32,000 bases of DNA from Ignicoccus islandicus DSM 13165 (GTDB lineage: Archaea > Thermoproteota > Thermoprotei_A > Sulfolobales > Ignicoccaceae): positions 510,001 to 542,000 of the forward strand of contig NZ_CP006867.1 of the NCBI RefSeq assembly GCF_001481685.1, written 5' to 3'. The position numbers were made by a program, and so were the translations under genes. Within the stretch, counting starts at the first letter, position 1; each line of letters begins with the position of its first letter. This document shows positions 1-8,130 of the stretch, piece by piece. Under the pieces are notes generated by a model that was not told where the DNA came from, did not search any database, and saw nothing but the letters and a program-made list of their open reading frames with translations.

Positions 1-978
1 AGGTATTATAACGCGATCTTCTTTTTTCATTACTCCTAGATAATCGGCGACGTTCTCTAATGTCTTTACCTTTATTTCGTACACGTCTTTTGCGAAATCG
101 TATATATCCACGTTGAGTCTGCCTGGTATAGAGTAATGGCCGTATGCTCCACTGGTTGGTAATACACCTACCTTTCTACCTACATCCAGTTTGATGCCAA
201 TCCTCTTAGATCTCTCAATAAGGTAAGGCCAATCGAAGTTATTACAATTGTAACCGTAGACCAAATCGGGATCTAGTTCCAAAACAGTTTCTTTAAACCA
301 CTTAATTACTTCCAAATCGCTCTTAGTTTCAGCAACCTTACTCATTACTTTATCTCTAGTAGCTATTGCTACAGATATAATAGGGTCTGATTCGGGTCTA
401 GGTGTCCCACTTTTGTTATACACCTCAATATCGAAAGATAACGCTCGGAGTTCAGGTCTCTCATCGCTATGAACCTCTCGTAAGTCTTCCAATACCTCAT
501 ATACGTTATCGACCCTATATACAGGGGACTTGCCCAACTCCTTTACTTTAACGTCGTACCATGCATGCGGCTTTAGACCCTTATCTATTATGTATCTCAT
601 CGAAAACCTTATGTCTGCTTCAAGTACGTCTTCCACACCATCTATTGTTCTAACCAATTCCCTATACTCTCTTACGTACTCCGGAATAACGGTAGTGACC
701 TTTAGCGCTGATCGCGGACGACCGAAGTATTTCTTCTTAACTTCCTCAACTGATATTATCGGTGACTTAGGCTTGCTTAGTTTCATGATTTCGTTTTTCA
801 CGCTTACTGAATCTACGCCCTCACGGAGAAGTACATAGAAATACGGTCGGAAACGCGGATCTTTTAAAAGCACCCTTTCGTTTCCTTCGTTGACACCCCA
901 AAGAAGTATTACTGGTTTCGACATCTCTGTTTCATAGCTTACGTCTAACAAGTAGAAACGCATTGTTTCTTCTTTCAT
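1..978 (-). CDS. polB: Family B DNA polymerase, N-terminal ~326 codons; the gene runs off the left edge of the window
   Basis: Absent from the ORF track because it has no stop in the window. My minus-strand translation from ATG 978 (second in-frame ATG at 963) reads MKEETMRFYLLDVSYE...LSFDIEVYNKSG...VYGYNCNNFDWPYLIERSKRIGIKL...TLENVADYLG. This gives Exo I (FDIE), Exo II (NxxxFDxPYL) and the approach to Exo III. The frame stays open to base 1. Confidence 0.85.
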   Translation of the reverse strand, partial: MKEETMRFYLLDVSYETEMSKPVILLWGVNEGNERVLLKDPRFRPYFYVLLREGVDSVSVKNEIMKLSKPKSPIISVEEVKKKYFGRPRSALKVTTVIPEYVREYRELVRTIDGVEDVLEADIRFSMRYIIDKGLKPHAWYDVKVKELGKSPVYRVDNVYEVLEDLREVHSDERPELRALSFDIEVYNKSGTPRPESDPIISVAIATRDKVMSKVAETKSDLEVIKWFKETVLELDPDLVYGYNCNNFDWPYLIERSKRIGIKLDVGRKVGVLPTSGAYGHYSIPGRLNVDIYDFAKDVYEIKVKTLENVADYLGVMKKEDRVIIP

Positions 979-1030
979 AAACTGGTACCACTTGTACGAT
1001 AGGAACATATGTCATTAAGTTTGCCTTCGC

Positions 1031-1390
1031 TTACGAAGGAGGATATGGAGGCCATGAGTTAATTGAAGGTATTGCTATTTGGTTAGGTAACGCTACGCTG
1101 ACGCTTATTGGCATGTTAGGTAGCGAAATGGGTGGCGGTGATGGGAGGTTTTGTGGGACTATACCCATTTGGGAAGTTACGTTAAGGTATTCCTTAAGTA
1201 GATATAAGTATTGTAGGTATAACTGCGCGTAAAGCAAAGTGGCGTTATTGTACTGCTGGGCTATTTGAATTGCTATTTCCTTATACGATTGCACCATCGA
1301 GGAATATACGAAATAGTAGGCAACCAACGTAGCTAGTAGTACTCCAAGCACCAACCCAGCGTACGCTATAAGCGCATACATGTCAGCCAA
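1031..1390 (-). CDS. Hypothetical small membrane-anchored protein with an N-terminal TM helix, a Q/Y/L-rich middle and a Pro-rich tail
   Basis: 119-aa ORF directly upstream of polB on the same strand. Hydrophobic N-terminus is ALIAYAGLVLGVLLATLVAYYFVY. No family recognised. Confidence 0.45.
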   Translation of the reverse strand: MADMYALIAYAGLVLGVLLATLVAYYFVYSSMVQSYKEIAIQIAQQYNNATLLYAQLYLQYLYLLKEYLNVTSQMGIVPQNLPSPPPISLPNMPISVSVALPNQIAIPSINSWPPYPPS

Positions 1391-1507
1391 GTTCGACGCA
1401 CCGGGACTTACGGTATAATAATAAATTATATTTTTCTTCAGCAGTACGACCTATTCATGTGCACGGCTGATAAAAGCGAACCTTTAGAACGTCGTTAGAG
1501 TCAATCA

Positions 1508-2164
1508 ATGGCGGGCATTAGAGCTTTGGCGTCCATGAGGTTAATAAGGTTAGGTATCCCGGTTTTCGACGTCAGAGTAGGTAACGTTACGTTAGGAAGC
1601 TTACAAGTACTTTCGGGCGATCCGGATTCCAATGTTCACATGTTTCTATACATAATAGCTAAGTCTTGGAGCGAAAGAGGAGAAAGAATAGCATTCATAA
1701 TAGATAAGGGTAACTCGGAATACCATAGACAAATAGCGGAGGCCATGGGGATAGCAGTAAGGTCGTTAGAAGAGGGTAACATGTGGCATTACGAGGAAGC
1801 AGAATCTTCTAACGACGCCATTGCTAAGGTAGTTGACTTGATGACGGCGTATCCTCTCATATTAGTAGATTCTACCTCATGGTTCGACGCAGATCCCGAG
1901 TTACTTACTCGAACGCTAAACATGGTAGCTGCGAGTAACGCAATAGTAGTTATTGCTGTAATAGATAAGCGTGGGAACCCGGAATCCATATCCATCCTGG
2001 AAAGCTTTGCCGAAACGGTTACGAGGTTCGAAACCTATTGGGCGGGTCTAAGAGTTGAAAGGATATTGAAACTAAGTAAATCGCGAGTACCGAGAAATCC
2101 GTTCGCAGCTTACTACAGTGTAACGAAGGATGGAATAAACATAGAGGAGTTGAAGAGACTGTAG
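1508..2164 (+). CDS. KaiC/RadA-paralog-like RecA-superfamily protein with a degenerate Walker A
   Basis: The layout is typical of COG0467-type proteins: GSLQVLSGDPDSNVHMF, then ERIAFIIDKG, then PLILVDSTSWF. The P-loop position reads GDPDSNVH, with no GK[ST]. The Walker B-like hhhhDS motif is retained. Confidence 0.5.
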   Translation: MAGIRALASMRLIRLGIPVFDVRVGNVTLGSLQVLSGDPDSNVHMFLYIIAKSWSERGERIAFIIDKGNSEYHRQIAEAMGIAVRSLEEGNMWHYEEAESSNDAIAKVVDLMTAYPLILVDSTSWFDADPELLTRTLNMVAASNAIVVIAVIDKRGNPESISILESFAETVTRFETYWAGLRVERILKLSKSRVPRNPFAAYYSVTKDGINIEELKRL

Positions 2165-2234
2165 GAGAACCTAGCGGTCTGAAAGATTACTATTTAACCC
2201 ATTCACGCTTCAAGGACGTCGTGGGTCACGAAAA

Positions 2235-2549
2235 ATGGCTAACGTGGCACGCATAAGGCTCTGGAGTACTGACGTTAGAGCGCTCGATGCCGTTGCAAAA
2301 CAGATAAAGGAAACGGCATCCTCACTTGGCGTAAAGGTAAGAGGTCCCATACCTCTTCCAACAAAGAGGCTGGAGATATCGACGCTCAGGCTTCCGCATG
2401 GAGAAGGAACCAAGGTATACGAGCACTGGGAAATGAGGATCCATAAGAGATTAATAGACGTTGAATTAAACGAAAAAGTAATGAGAAGTATAATGAGGAT
2501 AAGGGTCCCAAGTAACGTTTACATAGAGATTCAGCTAAAGAGGCGATGA
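2235..2549 (+). CDS. rps10: 30S ribosomal protein S10 (uS10)
   Basis: 104 aa. ARIRLWSTDVRALDAVAKQIKE...GPIPLPTKRLEISTLRLPHGEG...WEMRIHKRLIDV is the uS10 signature. Confidence 0.95.
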   Translation: MANVARIRLWSTDVRALDAVAKQIKETASSLGVKVRGPIPLPTKRLEISTLRLPHGEGTKVYEHWEMRIHKRLIDVELNEKVMRSIMRIRVPSNVYIEIQLKRR

Positions 2550-2586
2550 AGACTCCGACATCGTAGGATTTCTTAGGGATGACTGA

Positions 2587-2625
2587 GGGCTCTCGCTGGA
2601 GCCTCAACATCTTGGTTTTTATTTT
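2587..2625 (+). terminator. Probable rps10 terminator: short hairpin followed by an oligo-T tract
   Basis: gggctc-tcgctg-gagc(c)tc hairpin at 2587-2605, then tttttatttt at 2616-2625. Archaeal RNAP terminates at oligo-T runs. Confidence 0.4.
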
Positions 2626-2647
2626 AGGATTCAAATCCGTAGTTCAC

Positions 2648-2706
2648 TTCTATGATGTGAAACCCCGGTACCGAAAAGTGAGGTAAAACCCCGCATCTCT
2701 GAGACT
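2648..2706 (+). ncRNA. Candidate box C/D sRNA
   Basis: C-like ATGATGT at 2652-2658, then a 12-nt spacer GAAACCCCGGTA. D'-like CCGA at 2671-2674, then a 3-nt linker. C'-like GTGAGGT at 2678-2684, then a 14-nt spacer AAAACCCCGCATCT. D box CTGA at 2699-2702. The T-rich tract at 2616-2625 lies about 25-30 nt upstream, where a TATA box would sit. The boxes are imperfect and I found no target. Confidence 0.3.
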
Positions 2707-2712
2707 TTCTGT

Positions 2713-3852
2713 TTAAAGTTCGATAATCTTGCCTTCTGCAACTGCCATGACGACAGAGCTACCAAGAACGTATGGCTCGCCGTCCCAAGCTACTATCGAT
2801 GCCAGTTTACCTGGCTTCACTTCACCCGCGTTTAAGCCAACCACTTTAGCTGCATTACTCGTAATCAGCTTAATAGCGTCTTCAAATTTCATTCCATACT
2901 TCATAAAGAACCTGAGTTGTAACATGAGGTTTCTTTGAAGGACGACGGGATGATCGCTCATCAAAGCCAAGACGTCCGGCATGTACTTAATCAGTAACCT
3001 TATGTTCTTGTAACTCTCATGTTTCAATTCGACTTTGTACGGGTGGCTATCGATTGGGCCGTAGATTACCGGGACTCCTAAGTCCTTTATCAATTTGAAG
3101 CCTCTCTCTGTGTGTACGTCACACGCGTGATCTATTGTATACTTGAAACCGTACTGCTTAGCGAGCCTCTTTATTATAGCTATGTCGTCTTCCTTATGAA
3201 CGTGTATTCTGAACGGTAACCTGCCCTCGAGGACCGGTATGAGGGCTTTGGAAAGAGGTTCCAATTCGTCCCAACTGAGTTTTCCTTCTTTGAGTTTTTT
3301 CAAATCTGAATAGGCTTTGCTTAGGGCTTTCCTAAATATTGCAGTGGCACCCATCCTGGTGCTAGGTCTCTGTCCTCCCCATGATGTCGTTGAGCGTGGA
3401 TTGTATCCCATGGCAGCTTTTACTCCTACGTGTTTCACGAAAGCGTCCTCTATGTTGGTTTCCCAGTTTCTAAGAAGCGCGGCCCTACCTCCTATCACGT
3501 TTCCAGATCCTGGTAACACTACTGAGTATAATACACCCCATTCTACGCTTTCACGGAAGGCCTTATCGTCCATGTAAACGCTTTCTTCCGCATATAGATA
3601 TGGGAGAACTGGATCCATATGCTCGTTTGCTTCCTCTTCGTAATACGGTTCACCGGCCCTATCCATTCCTATATGAGAGTGAGGGTCAATGAAGGCTGGA
3701 GTTACTACCTCGAACTCTCCTAAGTATTCGCCTCCTACCTCCTCTCCAACATGGACTATCTCATTTCCATTAAAAGCTACGTAAACGTTCTCTTTAACGT
3801 TTCCATCACCAACATAGAGTTTCTTGGCCTTTAATACTTTCATTCGTTTCAC
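2713..3852 (-). CDS. Metal-dependent amidohydrolase-superfamily protein
   Basis: 379 aa. N-terminal beta-sandwich lead-in followed by TPAFIDPHSHIGMD (the HxH metal motif of amidohydrolases), with later His/Asp positions (RIHVHKEDD, TIDHACD). Confidence 0.7.
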   Translation of the reverse strand: MKRMKVLKAKKLYVGDGNVKENVYVAFNGNEIVHVGEEVGGEYLGEFEVVTPAFIDPHSHIGMDRAGEPYYEEEANEHMDPVLPYLYAEESVYMDDKAFRESVEWGVLYSVVLPGSGNVIGGRAALLRNWETNIEDAFVKHVGVKAAMGYNPRSTTSWGGQRPSTRMGATAIFRKALSKAYSDLKKLKEGKLSWDELEPLSKALIPVLEGRLPFRIHVHKEDDIAIIKRLAKQYGFKYTIDHACDVHTERGFKLIKDLGVPVIYGPIDSHPYKVELKHESYKNIRLLIKYMPDVLALMSDHPVVLQRNLMLQLRFFMKYGMKFEDAIKLITSNAAKVVGLNAGEVKPGKLASIVAWDGEPYVLGSSVVMAVAEGKIIEL

Positions 3853-3900
3853 CCTAAGTAACCCTAAAAGAACTGTTCATAACCTTCATTACGGGGATAA

Positions 3901-5652
3901 GTGGAATTGGCCGAGGATAAGTCAACTAAAGTCTCAGATTTGGCTCAAAGGAGAGGTTTCTACTGGCCTTCGTGGGAAATTTACGGAGGAGTCGCTGGAC
4001 TATACGATTTAGGACCACTTGGAAAGGAACTTCAGAACAAGATAATAGAGCTCTGGAAAAAGGTTCTAATTAGACCCCTACAGAGAATAGTCTTCGAAAT
4101 GGAGACTCCCATCCTCACTCCATATAAGGTACTAGAGGCCTCGGGACACGTGGAAAACTTCACTGATCCGATTGTCGAATGTAAGAATTGCGGAAGGAAG
4201 TTTAGAGCCGATCACTTGATTGAGGAGGCTACTGGAATTAAGGTGGAAGGTCTTAAACCAGAGGACCTAACCAAAATAATCCGAGAGAATAACATTCGCT
4301 GTCCGGTATGCGGAGGAGAGCTCGGGGAAGTAAGGCCGTTCTTACTGTTATTCCAAACTCAAATAGGCCCATATGAGGGAAGCAAGGGCTTCTTGAGGCC
4401 AGAGACAGCACAAGGTGCGTTCGTAAACTTTAAGAAGGTATATCAACTCAATAGAGAAAGACTGCCCTTTGGAATTGCGCAAATAGGAAGGGTAGGGCGA
4501 AACGAAATATCTCCAAGGCAAGGTCTCCTAAGATTAAGAGAGTTCACAATAGCGGAGATAGAGTTCTTCATTGACCCTTTAAATCCGGGTAAACCCCCTC
4601 TAGACTACGAAGCCAAAATTAGGTTGCTGCCATGGGAACTTCAGAAGGAGGGGGTTAAGGAACCAGTCGAGGTATCGGTGAAAGAAGCGTTGGAAAGGGG
4701 CTGGATCATCAATGAATGGATGGCATACTGGATGCTGAAGGCGAAGGAGCTACTAAATAGATTAGGAATAAGCGATGAAGATCAATTCTTTGAAGAGAAG
4801 AGCCCTGAAGAGAGGGCACACTACAGTTCTCAGACGTACGATCAATTGGTAAGGACTGAAAGGTATGGCTGGATGGAAGTGAGCGGTCACGCTTATAGAG
4901 GCGATTACGACGTTTCAAGGCATATAGAATATAGTGGAAAGGATCTATATGCTATAAGGAGGCTGAGTGAACCGAAAAGGGTCAAGAGAAAAGTAATAAG
5001 GGTGAATAAGCGCGAACTAGGTATTAGGTTCAAATCAGAGGCAAAGGAAATAATGAAGAGATTAAATGAGATGAATCCAGACGAGGTTGAAAAGGAACTA
5101 AGGGAAAGAGGCTACGTCAAAGTTAATGATCACGAGCTTGGAAGAGATCTCATATGGGTAGAAGAAGTAGAGGAAGTCATAACTGTTGAGAGATTCGTAC
5201 CTCACGTAGTAGAACCTTCGTTCGGAGTTGAGAGACTGCTTTACGTAGCGTTAGAACATGCGTATAAGGAAAAAGACGGTAGAGTCATCTTGAGTCTGCC
5301 CAGGGAAATAGCGCCAATTCAAGTAGTAGTGTTACCATTACTGGAAGAAGAGAAACTTAAGGAGAAAGCTCTCGAAATCGTTGAGATGTTAAGTGAGAAC
5401 TACAGAGTGGAATACGACGAAAAGGGATCGATAGGCAGAAGGTACGCTAGATGGGACGAAGTCGGTGTGCCCCTTGCAATTACGGTCGATTTCCAGACTT
5501 TAGAAGATAACACGGTGACTTTCAGGGATAGAGATACTTGGAAGCAAGTGAGGGTTAAGGTGTCTGAAGTTCCAGCGAAAGTAGAGATGTTCCTGAAAGG
5601 CAAACCTCTAGAGGAGTTAGGGACCCCTATTGAAGGCTCTTCGGAAGAATAA
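3901..5652 (+). CDS. glyS: Glycyl-tRNA synthetase, archaeal/eukaryotic alpha2 type
   Basis: 583 aa with a GTG start. LAQRRGFYWPSWEIYGGVAGLYDLGPLG, RPETAQG and FRNEISPR-like (GRNEISPRQGLLRLREF) class II motifs. C-terminal anticodon-binding domain (GRRYARWDEVGVP). Confidence 0.95.
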   Translation: MELAEDKSTKVSDLAQRRGFYWPSWEIYGGVAGLYDLGPLGKELQNKIIELWKKVLIRPLQRIVFEMETPILTPYKVLEASGHVENFTDPIVECKNCGRKFRADHLIEEATGIKVEGLKPEDLTKIIRENNIRCPVCGGELGEVRPFLLLFQTQIGPYEGSKGFLRPETAQGAFVNFKKVYQLNRERLPFGIAQIGRVGRNEISPRQGLLRLREFTIAEIEFFIDPLNPGKPPLDYEAKIRLLPWELQKEGVKEPVEVSVKEALERGWIINEWMAYWMLKAKELLNRLGISDEDQFFEEKSPEERAHYSSQTYDQLVRTERYGWMEVSGHAYRGDYDVSRHIEYSGKDLYAIRRLSEPKRVKRKVIRVNKRELGIRFKSEAKEIMKRLNEMNPDEVEKELRERGYVKVNDHELGRDLIWVEEVEEVITVERFVPHVVEPSFGVERLLYVALEHAYKEKDGRVILSLPREIAPIQVVVLPLLEEEKLKEKALEIVEMLSENYRVEYDEKGSIGRRYARWDEVGVPLAITVDFQTLEDNTVTFRDRDTWKQVRVKVSEVPAKVEMFLKGKPLEELGTPIEGSSEE

Positions 5653-5654
5653 AC

Positions 5655-5987
5655 TCATTTATTTAAGAAGTTAAAGGCTATCGAAAGTACTAGTATGAAC
5701 CAGCCTAGTCCGATTATATACTTCAATACTTTCTTAAAGCTTTCGAAGAACTCTAGGAGTGCATATATTATGGTAAGCGTCGTCATGAGTACAATTAAAT
5801 TACCGTACCTTTCAGCTAAGACTGGGTTCTTTTCAAATACGTAAATCTGTAAGTAGTGAGCTACTTGAGTTTGTAACCACGTGTAAAATTGCGCTATGTA
5901 ATTTAGCACCGTAGAAATCGATTGCGGTAACTGCGAGCTCTCTGACATTGTTTCCCCACTCCTGATAGTAGTATCGATTTGAATCAA
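5655..5987 (-). CDS. Hypothetical small membrane protein (two predicted TM helices)
   Basis: 110-aa ORF 19 nt downstream of tfb on the same strand. Hydrophobic stretches are LIVLMTTLTIIYALL and IIGLGWFILVLSIAF. Confidence 0.45.
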   Translation of the reverse strand: MIQIDTTIRSGETMSESSQLPQSISTVLNYIAQFYTWLQTQVAHYLQIYVFEKNPVLAERYGNLIVLMTTLTIIYALLEFFESFKKVLKYIIGLGWFILVLSIAFNFLNK

Positions 5988-6005
5988 TATGCATTTCTAT
6001 CGAGG

Positions 6006-7061
6006 TTACTTTCTCTTGCGAGTTGGGACTGAGACTACTATTAGTAATCTATCGTTTGCTTCAACGTATGTCTCTCGTATAGAATTATTGCCGACGTTAA
6101 GTAATTTGGCCAGTCTACTTTGAGTTACCTTACTTTTCTCGCTCTTACTGAAGACGTTCAAAACTATATATACTAAGCCGCCCAGTAACGACAATTTCTG
6201 CTTTCCTGAGTTCATGTTCATGGATAAGGCGTTTCTTATCAGATCTTCATAGAAACTATGCAGAATTGGGCGTTCTTCTGGTTTGTAATCTAGTTTTAGC
6301 TGTTGTATAACGTACTGCAGAGTGGATCTGCCCTTAGCCAAGTATTCTTCCTCCCTGTTTCGGGGATTCACCATCTTCATATAGATTTCACGACCGTAGT
6401 CGTACTTGACCCTCTTTAGCCAATCTATTATTTTATTAATCTCCTTCTCATCGTTAAAGAATTTCCTTAAGAAGGACTTTGCTTCGGGCACTACCCCTCG
6501 CGCTTCTAAGATCATCAAGGCTATTGCGTAAGCTAGGTGGTTACGGTCTTTCCTGCTAATGCCCTTGAAACTCTCGTAATTGTCATTTACTATCTTCTTC
6601 GCTACTTTACTAATTTCCTTCCTTACGCTATCGGGAATATTAACATCCGAACTAACGTTATCCAAAAATACGTTGAGAGTCTTCATAACGTCTACTTCGA
6701 TGCTTTCCTTGTTATTTCGAATTCTACTCTTTTCTTGCTCTTTAGAGAGCTTTTTAAATAATTTGAACTTGCTTCCCTTCGCCTCGCGAGGATTTATGAC
6801 AGTACCTAAGCCTCCATCGTGAACGGAGTCGCTCAGAGTAGCGCGACTGCTTATCCTACCTTCTCCGGATTTTGAATAAGGTTCGAATACATCATATTTA
6901 CCTTCGATTCCTATATCATGTACAAAGCCGAATGCAGGAGATAGAACTGAGCCACACGTTGGGCACACTGGTTCTCCTTCGTCATTGTATAGGACGTAAG
7001 TCAATAGAGCTCCGCAATAAGGACAGTGTCTTTGAGTGGGCGAGGACACTGAGAGACTCAT
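6006..7061 (-). CDS. tfb: Transcription initiation factor B (TFIIB family), sequence-divergent
   Basis: N-terminal Zn ribbon CPYCG...CPTCG. VHDGGLGTVI matches the conserved HDxGLxT segment. The second cyclin repeat ends in VTQSRLAKLLNVGNNSIRETY. Sits 3 nt downstream of gar1, a common archaeal arrangement. Confidence 0.75.
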   Translation of the reverse strand: MSLSVSSPTQRHCPYCGALLTYVLYNDEGEPVCPTCGSVLSPAFGFVHDIGIEGKYDVFEPYSKSGEGRISSRATLSDSVHDGGLGTVINPREAKGSKFKLFKKLSKEQEKSRIRNNKESIEVDVMKTLNVFLDNVSSDVNIPDSVRKEISKVAKKIVNDNYESFKGISRKDRNHLAYAIALMILEARGVVPEAKSFLRKFFNDEKEINKIIDWLKRVKYDYGREIYMKMVNPRNREEEYLAKGRSTLQYVIQQLKLDYKPEERPILHSFYEDLIRNALSMNMNSGKQKLSLLGGLVYIVLNVFSKSEKSKVTQSRLAKLLNVGNNSIRETYVEANDRLLIVVSVPTRKRK

Positions 7062-7064
7062 CGC

Positions 7065-7304
7065 TTACTCACCTCTCTTTGCCCTTCTAATTTTCCTTCC
7101 TTTCATCTTACTCTTCTTCCTAGAACTGTCTAACCTAACTTCCTTCGCGACTATGAATGGGGTATCGACTCTACCTATCACGTCTAAAACTTTTAATGTT
7201 CCATCATTTACCTTGATTATTTGACCTATTCTTGGAACCCTAGAATCGGTTAACCTATAGACTTTCAAACCTGTCTTGGTTTCAGTATGAAGTTCAAGCT
7301 TCAA
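7065..7304 (-). CDS. gar1: H/ACA RNP component Gar1
   Basis: 79 aa with a TTG start. GQIIKVNDGTLKVLDVIGRVDTPFIVAKE fits the Gar1 beta-barrel core. Basic C-terminal tail. Adjacent to tfb. Confidence 0.7.
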   Translation of the reverse strand: MKLELHTETKTGLKVYRLTDSRVPRIGQIIKVNDGTLKVLDVIGRVDTPFIVAKEVRLDSSRKKSKMKGRKIRRAKRGE

Positions 7305-7373
7305 TGATTAGCACACCCGGTATTACTGTAGTATCATAGATATTTATCGGAGTTGGCTGGAAGTGTCTACGTG

Positions 7374-7685
7374 TTACGCTTCTTTCTTAAATCGCTTACG
7401 ATATAATTCTCGTGCAATCTCATGGAGTATTTGCGTCTTCCTTTCGCCCTCCTTTTTCTCAACTGCTACCGGATTCTCATCGTGCCACCATATTCGCGGA
7501 TATTTACCCTCTAAAACAACGTACTTTCTGTTAAGACTATTAAGAACTTCAATAATTTCCTTAGTTGTAGGTTTTGGGACGGAAAGTTCCTTGGGAACTC
7601 TTCTTCCATATCTCCTGCTTAAAGTGGAATCGAAATATTGAGGCCAAACAGTTACGTACTTGCCCTTGTACTCTCTCTTAGTCAT
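7374..7685 (-). CDS. srp19: Signal recognition particle protein SRP19
   Basis: 103 aa. VTVWPQYFDSTLSRRYGRRVPKELSVPKPTTKEI is the SRP19 signature. The start overlaps the rps8e stop as ATGA (7682-7685). Confidence 0.9.
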   Translation of the reverse strand: MTKREYKGKYVTVWPQYFDSTLSRRYGRRVPKELSVPKPTTKEIIEVLNSLNRKYVVLEGKYPRIWWHDENPVAVEKKEGERKTQILHEIARELYRKRFKKEA

Positions 7686-8095
7686 TTCTTCTTCCTCTGT
7701 ACTTGAACCTCTGGAAGCAATATTGCGTTAATTACACCGCTTTGGCCAGGTCTCGAAGTTACCTTAGCTACTCCTATTTCGGTCTCTATTAACGTTCCTT
7801 TGACTATTATACCGTGTCGTGCCAGTTCTTTGTTGGCTGGCGTTTCTAAGACTCTGAGTATCTTCACCTTCTTGGTCTCGTAGTTCCTAGGATCAGTGAC
7901 GTTCGCGTATTGAGCATACCTCAACTTAACTTTATAGTTACCTCCCCTTACCCTCTCTATTTTCCTGAGTTCTTTATCAGACAAGGTTGTGTTTATAGGA
8001 AATCTACCGGTCCAATACTTTCTCTTTACCTTTACATGTCTCCTTTTCTTACCTCCAGTAATTTTCTTCAGGTCGTTACCGTGATACACTCCCAT
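7682..8095 (-). CDS. rps8e: 30S ribosomal protein S8e
   Basis: 137 aa with GGKKRRHVKVKRKYWTGRFP...RVRGGNYKVKL...VTSRPGQSGVINAILL. Confidence 0.95.
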   Translation of the reverse strand: MGVYHGNDLKKITGGKKRRHVKVKRKYWTGRFPINTTLSDKELRKIERVRGGNYKVKLRYAQYANVTDPRNYETKKVKILRVLETPANKELARHGIIVKGTLIETEIGVAKVTSRPGQSGVINAILLPEVQVQRKKK

Positions 8096-8130
8096 TTCGC
8101 TTAACCCTCGTGTAGGGATGAGGGCGCGAT

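Noticed and set aside
530-838. 102-aa plus-strand ORF
   Set aside because: It lies antisense within the B-family polymerase coding region, whose minus-strand translation carries the Exo motifs.
2627-2640. GGATTCAAATCC, resembling a tRNA T-arm/T-loop
   Set aside because: Only a 3-bp stem is possible. There is no acceptor, D or anticodon arm around it, and the flanks are AT-rich, unlike hyperthermophile tRNAs.
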